Below are positions 48,986 to 60,900 of a stretch of 64,000 bases of DNA, one piece after another. The stretch is from Phoronis australis (lineage: Eukaryota > Animalia > Phoronida). Made by a program: the position numbers and the translations under genes. Numbering within the stretch: position 1 is the stretch's first letter; each line of letters begins with the position of its first letter. The notes under the pieces are model-generated. The model was given only the letters and a program-made list of their open reading frames with translations, was not told where the DNA came from and searched no databases. Location: assembly GCA_002633005.1 (NCBI GenBank), contig NMRA01000313.1, positions 329,339 to 393,338 on the forward strand. The letters are read 5' to 3'.

Positions 48986-51900
48986 GTAGGCAGATTCACA
49001 TATTTCAGAGAACCTGATTTGGGAACGTGTGCCACGCTAGTTTATTCGCATTTCCTTGCATGTGGGATGGGAAAGGAGGTCAGTTTCTGTAGTACAGGTT
49101 ATGAACTCTTGTTCCCGGCCCTCAAATCCTGTGTTTCCTGAGCATTCGAGGCACACTACTGGTAGATTGCCGCCGATTTGTGTACCTCATCCGTGGTTCA
49201 TTACAGAAAGCCATAAACTGTTTTTAAGCTGTACTTGGCTAAGCTGGATGGGGTGATTGGTTTTTACCACTTTTCAGTTTTATGATGGCTGTTGGCAGTG
49301 TGGAGTGACCGTGTGAGTATTGGGCTAACTGTCTCTCTCTCTTCTTGTATTGTCAGTTGCTGGACTTGAGGCAGCTAAAAATTAAATGTGACATTTTTGT
49401 ATTTTGAATCAATAGAATTTGCGATCTTTGATCTGGGGTCTATGGCAAAATCTCAAAATCCGCATGTAACAATCGCAATTTTTCTGGGTACCCTTGTTTA
49501 GTTTTTTGTAATTGTTAGAGTATGCTAGGACACGGGGGTTTCGGAAATTTTGTTCCCAGATCAAAGATCATGGTTCGTTTCGATGCATAAAATACAAGAA
49601 GTCTGGTTCGATTTGAATTTTAGCCATCTTACTCGCTTAATTCAGGCCCACTAACGTTTACTAGTTGCTGGAGCAGAGTTTGGCGAGTGTTTGAATGGGA
49701 ATGGATGTAGTGTGAAATTTTTTAAAATAATTGAATGGGAGTCTCTGTATTCAGTGTATGGCACTGTAACTGTACAGACAACAAAGTTTTAATCATAATA
49801 TTTTTGTTAGAAATACTGTATCAGTAAAAATGTCTTGTGTGTTCTTTTTAATGTTTAGTCTAGTATTCATCTGTTTGTAGTTTTTCAAATTGTAATTTTT
49901 GTGGTGGCAAAGTAAACAGAATCTTAAAGCGTCTATTTCTGACATTGATTTATGTAAAACCTTGAAAGCTGTCAAATTTTAAATTTGTTCTAGTTTCACC
50001 AGTTTCAGCTTCTTCCATTTTCATGTTGTAACTAAGTGCAGTCTGAAGTGTTGCAGGAAATGAATATTTTCCGTCTCGTATGAGTATTCTGAATTATCTT
50101 CATGACGTATTTCTCAGCCTTACCATGCAGACTAATTGACTTTTTGAAACTGCCAGACAGTACCGTACACTTTGTCTCTGATCTCCTCTAGCAGATTTCT
50201 AGCGATGAACATAAAGCTATAGTAGTACATAGATATGACATTTTGACTAGTGTTTCAGGATGTCTATCATGTATTGATTAATTAATTTTCAAGAAGCACC
50301 TGGCCACAAAAGGCACTGTTGTAAAATCAAATCAACTGAAAACAGCAGCCTATAGGGGTTGATGGCTGTAATATGATGGCTGTCTGTCTAGTTTGGCATT
50401 GATAATGAACGTTATACACTTGTTAAGATTTGTTCTTTTATGACCCAGATTTAAAGATTGTATAAACAATGGATTTTGAAAGTCGGTTGTGTGCGAGTTG
50501 TTATCCATTGTCTGCTTTGATAGTAAACCCATGGATTCTATTAAATATCAACTTTTGATTTAGGTCTTTTTTGAAATTCGACTCATTGTGTTCCTTACTC
50601 AGGTTAGAATTGAGATTTGATTAGAAATAATGTGTTGGCTTGAGAAGAACTCAGGACAGGTTCATTGCTTCAGACATCGTCCAATTAAGTTACTATTCAC
50701 CTCAGGTTAGTTTCAGAAGCCAATCAGGAGAATTCAAGAAAAATTATTGAGTAACCAGTTCAATTTAAAGCCTATCATCAACGTTAACAAATTTAATTTT
50801 TTCCTACAGTATGTTAAGAGCATTGCTCTGAGCTCACTAGGTCCATAAACTGACAAATGTAACTGTTAGCCGAGAGAATCACCTTTTAATTCAAAAAGCT
50901 ACAAATAACACCTTCACCCAATGGTGTTCTATTCAGACCCTATTCAATACAACTGTTATCGGCCTTTTGTTGTTTGTGCTGGGATCTCGCGGTGACGCAA
51001 TATGGTACGAAAAGGCAGCTTCATCTATCATTTGACGTGCCTACACTTCCGTGATTAAACTCGCGTTTTCTTATCTTGCTAGGGCTTTGCTATAACTTCC
51101 TGGTTAACCCAATAAACTTAAATTACAAAATTCCATTGAAATTAGGCTTTAACAAGTAGTGCTGTCCACATACAGACTTTACCCTAAAACAAGTTACTCC
51201 TGGAATGACTTGTCGTTAGGTTTAAGGGTTGTGTGTACGCTGTTTAAACTAGTGCAACTTACCCCACCTGTGACAACTTACTACACCTTATCGAGGTGGG
51301 GTAATTTGTTCTAGGGTAACTTGCGCCACTTCTAATTCTTGTGTAGCTGCAAATGTGGGGCAAGGTGGAAGTAATTATCCTTCTTTACATACCGACGGGT
51401 CTTCTTTTGTGCATCGTATTGCATCGACTGTTCATTGTTATGCTCAAAGCGACGACTTCCGCCTTGCACTAGTTATCGGATATTTATGTAGTGACGCTCC
51501 ACTTAAAGTGGTACAAGTTCCACGAGTGCAAGTTGTTCTAGGGTAGGGCCTAAGTCTGTCTATGGACGGGATTAAAGAATTAGCAGAATGACATTAGCTT
51601 GGAGAAGCATTAATACACCTGTGAAGGCCGGTATCTAGGCCTGGGGTCTAATCATTTGTTGGTGGTATATGTGGGTTAATGTGTTATCCTATTTTGTACT
51701 CGATGACCCCAAGATTAAAGCTATAAGTTTGAGTTTTTACTTGAAATCTTGAGTTTGTTGCTCAAATCTACTGTAGGGGTCATCAAGTGAAAATTTAGGC
51801 TACACTCTCGTTTGCATTATCCGTAACATACTCAAGCGCTGACTAATAGATAATGATCTTGAGTTCGTGGGGCAATTGGTTCCTAAACATCCGGTGACTT

Positions 51901-54900
51901 CTCTAAATGGGAGATGCGTAATTAAGTCATTCCTAATTTGAGTAAGGTACGTTTTATGAGTTTAATTTTATAAACGAACTAAATCAGAAGTTGGTTTTCA
52001 CCACGAGTTTATCGTTCATTTTATTGTAATGTGTTTATGTTGGTCCCAGTTCAAAGAATCCATTTAATTCAAAATTTTTGCTGGAACAAATTCTGTTGCG
52101 CATATGGTCTCCAATAGTGACACCTATTGGTCACAAAGTGCAGTATCAGTATATTGTTCCTTAAGGAATTTTCATTTCTAAGTTTTGCCATTCAGTGAAG
52201 GGTACGGTAATTTTTGCTCGTCTTATGATTGATGCGACACTGCATCTGAATGCAGTTGGGCTCTCAGCAACATTATGAAAAAGAGGCTACATACTCTTAG
52301 AGAGCAACAGTTATTTTTTCTCCAATATTCTGCATGCAGTGTTTTTTCATGAAAACCTGTCAACATTATAGTACACGAAATTTTCATTTCCGTCATTTCC
52401 TTTTGAGGAATGGTGCCTGGGCTGAAACTGTAAGTTACATTTTGTGCATTGCAGCTTCCAGAGCTTATACAGGGGAGATAACAACACATATGAACTCTAC
52501 AAGTCTTCTCTCCATTCCCTGTTGGAGTTGTTTGTCAGTGGATACAATGTGTGTACTCTCGTTGCTGGCGAAAGTGGGTCTGGCAAGTCACACCTGGTCG
52601 CGGGCGACTCGGCAAGTTCATCTGGCATCGTGCCCGTGATTTTAGACCACTTGTTTGCTAAAATTGCTGAAGGTACGTGCTTTTGAATTCTCCAAGTCAG
52701 TCTGGCAATGTTTTTAAAAGTTACCGACGTTCAAATGTTGGTAGACCAGTTAAAAATGATGAGTCTTATAAAAATGCTGAACCCAGAAAAATCAGGAACC
52801 TCAACTGGGAATCGAACCGCAGGTCTCTTGATTGCCAGTCTAGTGCTCTTACCACTTCAGCTACTGAGGACCCGATGTCTGTGCTATTACTGTTTGCGGC
52901 CAGCTGTTGTCATACATCCCATGAGAGGCGTTTCGCATTTTCCACATGAGATTTGGACATGGAATTATATAGTCAGCAATTTACCAGTATGTGTTTACCA
53001 GTATGTGTTAATTAGATATAGCAAATATATAGACGCTGAGGTTGGCCAATAGTGAGATACATCAAATAATTGCACTAGCTCAGTGGTAAGAGCACTAGAC
53101 TGGCATTCTAGAGACCTGTGGTTCGATTCCCAGTTGGGTTTCCTGATTTTTCTGTGTTTATTTGATATTTATGCTCGGAATATGTCCCGAAAATAATAGG
53201 TGCGTCGCAAGCTCCGTTTCCAGAGATACAAAGGAGACCGTGTATAGGCGATATAAGGTCATTTATTATGACTGATAAGGTACAGAAATATGAGTGTACA
53301 AATAACATAAAGATAAAATAATAATTTCTGGAAAGATGGGCAATAAAAAGCGCCACGAGAGATGTTGAAGACATCTCATGCCCATGCTGGGGGCTGCAAC
53401 TCCAAAGGCAGAATGTGAATTCACTATTTTAGAATGTGGTTCTTAGAATCGACCTGTCATTTCTAAAACGAGGCTAATGCATATTCCTACCTCCTGGACA
53501 AAGGATATTTCTATCCGGTTCAGTCTTATTGGTCAATTTTTGAGTCTAATGTTGAGACCGGAGATTAGATCCCAGTCTCAAAGCTGGGTGGCGTTAATTA
53601 AAATATTTAAGTTTGATTCTTGATTTCAACTGCGTTGGTCAACACTATCGACGTGAAGCCTGATAGTGTTGGATCATGATGGTGTTGGATCATGATGGTG
53701 TTGGATCATGATGGTGTTGGATCATGATGGTGTTGGATCATGATGGTGTTGGATCATTGATGGTGTTGGATCATTGATGGTGTTGGATCATGATGGTGTT
53801 GGATCATGATGGTGTCGGATCATTGATGGTGTTGGATCATTGATGGTGTTGGATCATTGATGGTGTTGGATCATTGATGGTGTTGGATCATTGATGGTGC
53901 TGGATAATGATGGTGTTGGATCATGATGGTGTTGGATCATGATGGTGTTGGATCACTGATACTATTCAGCGTTTAACTTTTAATGTATGCAGGTCAGCAA
54001 CAGACACCACTCCTTAGATATTACAAGTGGGTTCTCTTTTGAGATGCTGCAAAGCAAATTGACTAGTTTCATAACAACAATCAATTCCACCTGTTTCCCA
54101 AATTCTGCTCTCCTCTTTTGCGAAGGTAGAAAAATGCATAGTATGATCGACCTAGTTTTTGGTAGGCTGCTAATATACTTCCGAGGTGAGAGGAACAAGT
54201 GAACAATTTATCATGCCCCACTCAGTCTTTCGAATGTTTTATGTGCGTGTTGTAATCCGTGTTACACTAAAATTTAAGTGGCATTACAATGTTCGATTCG
54301 TCAACCACGAATTAAGTTGCCACATACAAAATGTTTGTTGCTAAGCGTGCAGGACACTCTTAATTTTCCTTTTGACTAAAAAACTAAAAGAAAACGCCCT
54401 TCGGGCAGTTTTGGGTAGATCAACAGATATTTGTTGAGTTTGCCGGTTCTTTATTCCATCTGTTGCAGCTGTGCAGCCACCACAAAATGGCAACCCCTAT
54501 ATGGTGTTTCCTTGTTTTAGAGACTTCAGTTTCCATTTGGTGACCTGGAAACTTTCCCAGGTCACATTTGGTGAGTTGATGTCGAGTGTCATGCCCTACA
54601 TTAGAATGACTTATGCATGTTATGGTACTTCAAACTAATTTTGATGAAAAACAATGATTAACATTGGGAACAGTGGGATGAATGGCCTACAGAAGCACAG
54701 CGTTGTGGGTATATACTGCTGAATGACAGAGTGCATTGTGGTATTTTGGAAGTGGCTATTTCAGCTCTCAGTCAGCAAGACATGATTGTTGATTTATGAT
54801 GTTATCTAGTGGAAAAGTTTAGCATGTCACTCATTGTAACTTTAAAGGAGCATGCCACCCAAAAAACAACCTATTTTGTATCAATTTACATCGAGTAGTT

Positions 54901-57900
54901 CTACTCGATAACGGCACGTTCGGTTGCGTTACCTGACACCTGACGGCAGACGGAGGTGTTGAAATTATCCAATGACATCATTAGTTTCATACGCAGTCTG
55001 TTCAGCAGTTCACAACACGGGTTATTAGTGTCAGCTTATCACTTGAAGTCATCGCTTAACACCAATAAATCATCAAACTTCAATGTAAAACCCTTAAAAA
55101 TACACTAAGTTCTTATACAAACGTGTTGTTTGATTTCACTTTTACGTATTTATTTGGACACACCGTAGCCTACAAAGTTCGGCAGGCCAATTTACCAATT
55201 GGTTCGAAGCTCGAGTTTGGGGTCTGTGTGGAGATAAATTCGAAGTATTCTTCCGTGAAATACAGACAGGAGAACCTAGATTTGTGTTGTTTAGACTTGT
55301 GATTTTTTGAGTTCTAAACGCTTGTTATCCCGGCCAGTGGCTCGGAACCCGATCAGACCCATCGCGGCCGGACTGAAGACATCACGAACATAAACCAGCC
55401 AAAGTTGGAAATTAAACTTCCAGTCAAGAAAATACTAGACTAGTGAGCCAAAGAAGTTATGTGCACTTGATTATGTTGGTGAATTAGCCACGAAACTGCA
55501 AATCTACTTACTCGTCAGCTGCCACGAATTCAGGTTCCCCTTTGACCCGTCAGTGCAGAAGTTGTACATTTGACAATCATTATTTGAATAATGTATATAT
55601 AAATAAGGATTCCCGTAACACCTGGCCGTGGGATAGAAAATCGAGTTATTGTTTCACAGTTCCTGTCAGCAAACACTGAATTAGCATGCGCTCACATGGC
55701 CTTAGTTGGTGCCCGGTCAATTACCTTTATTGCATATGAATCCGGTAACGCAGCGATTTATTCATTGCTGGCTTCTCAAAACATTTGCACTCATGAGTAC
55801 TCCAATTAGGCATTACAAATTGTATCTAATGAGACAGCCTTTGTTTCAGTTTGATATAAGCATTGGTTAGGGCTGGAATATTTCATTTTGAAACAGAATG
55901 CACAACGTCAACAGAATACGAGAGTTCATCCACCGAAGACTTTGCAGGTGGATCGTTAAGTTTCACAAGCTATCAGTTCGAACCGGAATAAATTGATCAA
56001 GAAATACTAGAGAGGCGCCGTGAACATGCACAGACAACGGAACGTATGGATAGTTCTTTGGTATTCTGGCATTCGTCAGACTCACTGTCAACGACTGCCG
56101 GCCACATCGGACACGGAGATGTTTTACGGCCTCATACTTGTTATTTACAGTGTACTTTTCATTCTTCACTACCGCGAGCCACTTCCTAAGCATTTTGGGC
56201 TCTCGAGGAAGTAAAAAACGATATATCTGCTTTCTTCGCAGCTTCATAGTTTGGACAAGCGGGATGCACAGCAATATAGTGGCATTCACTCTGTAGATGA
56301 ACCATTGACATCGCTGCAACACTTCTCACCTTCCTCACAGGTTAACGCGACACCTCTTGGCAAGGTGAGGTCGACTGCGTAAGAGGCAATGTGGATATAG
56401 ACCGATTCAGATGGAAAAAAAGACTAATTAAATTGGGTGGCATTCTCTTTAAAGGTGACAAAATGAAATTTTGTAATAAAAGTGAATTTATCTGTTAATA
56501 GAGGAACAGTCCCTTGGCTCCCTGGCTTATAACCAGGACAGCAGGGTTACACTACAGATGTATGAAGTATATAACGAGACAGTACGAGATCTTCTCCAGC
56601 CTGGAAGGGGGCGCTCTACTGACTACCTGGAGTTGGATGAGAATCCTGACAAAGGAGTTTTTGTTCAGGTGATACTTCAGTCTATAACTTCCGTTGCATT
56701 CTGGGAAGACTGAGTCTTTGCTGTCATCACACCCACTGTCAGGGTTATTGTCATAATCTTAAAGCTTTTGAGTCTAAACTCGAAATCTTCCATTATAGAT
56801 CTCGAGTTAGACTACTAGCTTGAATTTAGGGGTCAATCAAGTTCAAATTCGAACTAGAAATTCACGTGGCTAAACCATAACTTGCTCGAAAATACAGTAC
56901 TAGAAGCTTATCTTGATTTCAGAGAATAGAGAATAGTTTAGCGTAATTTGAAGTTGAGAGATTAGACCGCGGGTCATGGTTCGATTGTGACATTTGTTCA
57001 AACCCATGTACAGGAGACAGTGTGACTCAGTGGTTAGAGCTCCGGACTCCTGTTTGGGAGACCCGGGTTCAAATCCTGGCTTGACTGGCAGACAATTGAG
57101 CATTGCACAAAGGTGTCTCCTATTCCTCTGAGCGCGGTCTTACTTGTGAACGTGTGCAAGGGAGTGAATGAGAACCTGGATATAATGCAAAAGCGATTTC
57201 TGGGGCTGTGCTCATATTAAAAGTTGGGCTCTGAAAATGTAAATACAGTTACTGTGTTAACTGAATACATTACTGCTCACTGGTCATCTTTTCATGTTTT
57301 TTAATGTTTGATTCTGAAAATTGCGTGTTTTAAATAAACAAATTGGAATTGAAATCTTAATTTCAGGGTGGTGAAAGTGTGTCGTTCAAGAATTCTGCTG
57401 ATGCCACTCGCACATTCCGCCAAGCATTTAGCCGGCGAGTCAACAGCACCACAGACTTCGGACCCGCACGGAATCACTCGACTGTTATTATTTATATTGA
57501 CCTCACCCTGGTATGTAAACTTACCAGAATCTTTTGCATAATCGCTGGTTTTAATCGGTTGAAATTTTTAAATTGGGTGCAGAACTAAGCAGTCCAAAAA
57601 GTGGAGACCAGTTTCAAATAATGAAAGGTGACCTAAATAGAAACTTAAAGTCCTTCTTGCAAACTGACCATGTGGTTCCAGTATCCGAAAATACTTACCA
57701 CATAAATTCTTATTTTCGACACCCTTTCTTTATATTCTTTTCGCCTTTCTTGCCAAAAGCGATTTTTTAACAGTATTTGACCCTTCTCTCTGAGCGTGTG
57801 ATTACCGGTTGTCATCGGTTATTTCCGTACCGACATTTACGGCTCATCAGTTCTGGAACTTGTCCTGAACGCCGCCATTTTTTCCTTGTAACTGAATGTG

Positions 57901-60900
57901 CTATGGCTTGCTTCATTATTTTGTTTTATTAGTAATATATCATGATTCGTTTGCATATGTAGTGTATTTATAGTTTGTAGTTAGTGGTCGCTGATTTTTT
58001 TTGGAATGTTACGCGTACTTAGTATGTTAAAATAGCATTGGTGTTTAGTTCCTTACGTAGGCGGGTCGAACCTAGGAACCAATATGGGTCGAACCAATTT
58101 TTTTCGGTTTTATTTTTTTCTTCGTTTTGAAAAAGTACTTTGCTATCATCGGAAAGGTAGTACATTGTACTCAGTAAAAATCGAAAAAGTATCAAAATCG
58201 GGGCAAGCACTGTAAAGTTATTGCAAGTTTTGTAGCGAAATTTGGGTCACTTTTGGATCGCGTCGGCCATATTGGAGGACAGCGGGATGAGTTACGAGTT
58301 TAAAACTTTGTGTAAATTTTTTTCGCCAACAAATTACGGTGAAATTTAGTTAGACATATCTTTACTTACTATTCTGCACGATTTAACAGTGTTCACCAAT
58401 TTTCAGTTGTTACTCATTAAGTGATAAATGTGCTCACAATTCCCGTTGGACTTCGTCTCATTTCTGGCGGCACCTACAATGTGGACTTTTGCTGAACTGA
58501 AAGGCATGTTCAATCGGCTACTTTGTAATTTGTGAAGATTTAACGTTGATACATTTTGACAAATGTTGCTACAAAAAAGAAACTTTGTTCAATTTTCGTG
58601 TTTTTTTTGTGTTTGTGGTCAGCGACCAGTTAGACCTAAGGGTAGTCTTGGCACAAAGCTGTATAGGCCTACTAACAAGCTGTATTTTGACTATTAGTCT
58701 TCACTGGTAGCTGGTGACTGAGGCTAACTAAGGTCTGCCGCGGCAGTGTGACACAGGACTAACCAGCCCGTTATTTCATGCAAGTGTCTGAAACTACCCT
58801 TGAACATATGCAGCATTTATCATTTGACCATTTTACTTCGACAAAACAGCTTGCAACCGCATGCATTTACCATTCGCCAGTGTTTGGTCTCGATCTGCAC
58901 CTGGTCCGATAGGCTGCGGTCCCGAGTCTGGCAAAATAATTTCTGTCAAAATTTATTCGCCACATTTCTTTAGCAAATTCCATAAAATTGTCCGTAGTTT
59001 GATTTTATCAAAATTAAGGCGCGCTGTTGATTTTTTTTTATCCCCATTTGCTGGCTGGTAACAGTACAGGCACTGCTCCAGTCGCACTGACGGCGTTTTC
59101 TCGGCCTGGGTTCCTGAATGAATTGTACTTCCGGGTTCGCGGCAAGTTTAAAATGGCGGTGTTTCTTCGGGTGCAAATCGTGAGTGGCGTGTTCATTTAA
59201 ACTGTTTTCGAGTACGGATCGTGTATTAGTTATGGGGTAGGTACTTCTTGGATCCTTATAACATCTTCTAACCATGTAATAAGGGTTAACAACGCGTGAG
59301 AGAAGGACTTTAAAGTTGATTTACTTTGACATAAGGCAGATTTATAGGAACATCACACAAGTACTAATGCTTAATCGTTTAGTATGACATCTTGGACCCA
59401 GTCAAATAGAATTAAAATGACAAAATTAAAAAAAAATGAATGCTAGATTTACGTAGCACTGTAAATTACTTGGCACTTTGAAAATTCTTACCTGGTTATG
59501 GACCTGGTCAGTTGTAATCCTTCTCAACTCCTTCTCAACTCCCGGGGATCGTGTAACAAATGCAACCATTTTCTGCACACAGCGATTAATTTTAGACACA
59601 ATTTTGTAAAAGTTTCAAGTGTTATTATGAGCCCGTGCTTACCTGAATTGGAAAAACGTCCAGCAAAACTGGTGAAAATGTGATGTGACTGCATTTTTAT
59701 TACAACTTGTGGACCTAAATCGTGTCACAATAAACATCGTGCTTTCAGCCATCTAGGGACAACCCATATCCTAACAAATCTCGCTTCACTATTGCCATGT
59801 TATCTGGCGTGGAACAGTTGGGAGATGGACCGGAGTACAGGCGTCTCCGAGACGGGGGTCAACTGAGCCAGCCTATAATGGCTGTCAGTAAGTTAGCAAG
59901 CCAACTGTCGCGGGAGCCCTACTCCAACAGAATCATTGACTACAGGTGAGTGAGGCTGGAAAGTATCTGTGGTTATAAATACGTTGTAGTTGTTGTTTCT
60001 ACTGGTTATTTTTTAACTCGCTGTTTGATTTATGGTGATGTAGGACCTCATCGACAAGTCTCTTTATTTAGCCAAATATTAACAAAACTGTAGCTTTTGA
60101 CTTTTTAAAAGTATTTTCTAGAAGCAGAAGACAGATGTGGCTCTGAAATTCACCAGTAGTGTGCGCTACATGAGCTACCACTAACAAAATAATAAAAATT
60201 GTTTGAAATTAAGGAATGTTTCCGTAAGAGGGTTGGGAGAATTCTTATTGTAATAGTAGCATGGAACTTTCTGTGAAACGTCTGTTCTGCATGATTCCAG
60301 TGGCTCCAAGGTGACTCAGCTGTTGAAGGAGGAACTGGGAGGGAACGTCAAGACACGCGTGGTCGTCTGCTTAAAACCAGAAGAGACAGACGCTTTGAGT
60401 CATATGCTCAAGCTGGCCACTGATCTGTCTCTAGTGAAGAACTACCCTGTATTGAATGACTGCTGGGCACAGGTCAGTCATGGTAGTGGATAGTGGAGGT
60501 CGTGACGTGGTCGTGACCAAGGCCAGTTACAATGACTTGGAAAAGACAGTAAATCGAATATGCTCAATTACCATTTTGAGAGCAATAATTCAGTATGTTG
60601 TTCTACGGCCTCTTAATTTGTAAAGACTACAACTTTCATGTATTTGACATTAGAATTTCTTTATTTAACAATCCCTAAAAGTTGTGTGGAAACTCAATTT
60701 GTTTATTTAAAAAAAATTAATATTAATTTATTATTGCACAAATAAGGTCTTAAGGAACATTGTTTGGGTGGCAAAATTTTGTATTTTTGATTTTTGACAG
60801 CAAAATTAATTACATTGCTTCACTGTTTTCAGGATCACGATTACAAAACACTTTCTTTTTAAAATAGTCCCAAAATCGTGTACTATAGTGGTTGGCGAGG

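Noticed and set aside
53076-53150. Functional tRNA-Ala(GGC) gene
   Set aside because: Acceptor and T stems do not pair, and a non-tRNA tail is shared with the second copy; SINE-like.
53661-53960. Possible CRISPR-like array
   Set aside because: No unique spacers, no cas genes, eukaryotic context; it is a simple minisatellite.
54469-54503. Candidate micro-exon AVQPPQNGNPYM in the kinesin gene
   Set aside because: Weak donor and exit phase incompatible with exon 3; exons 2 and 3 already join in frame.
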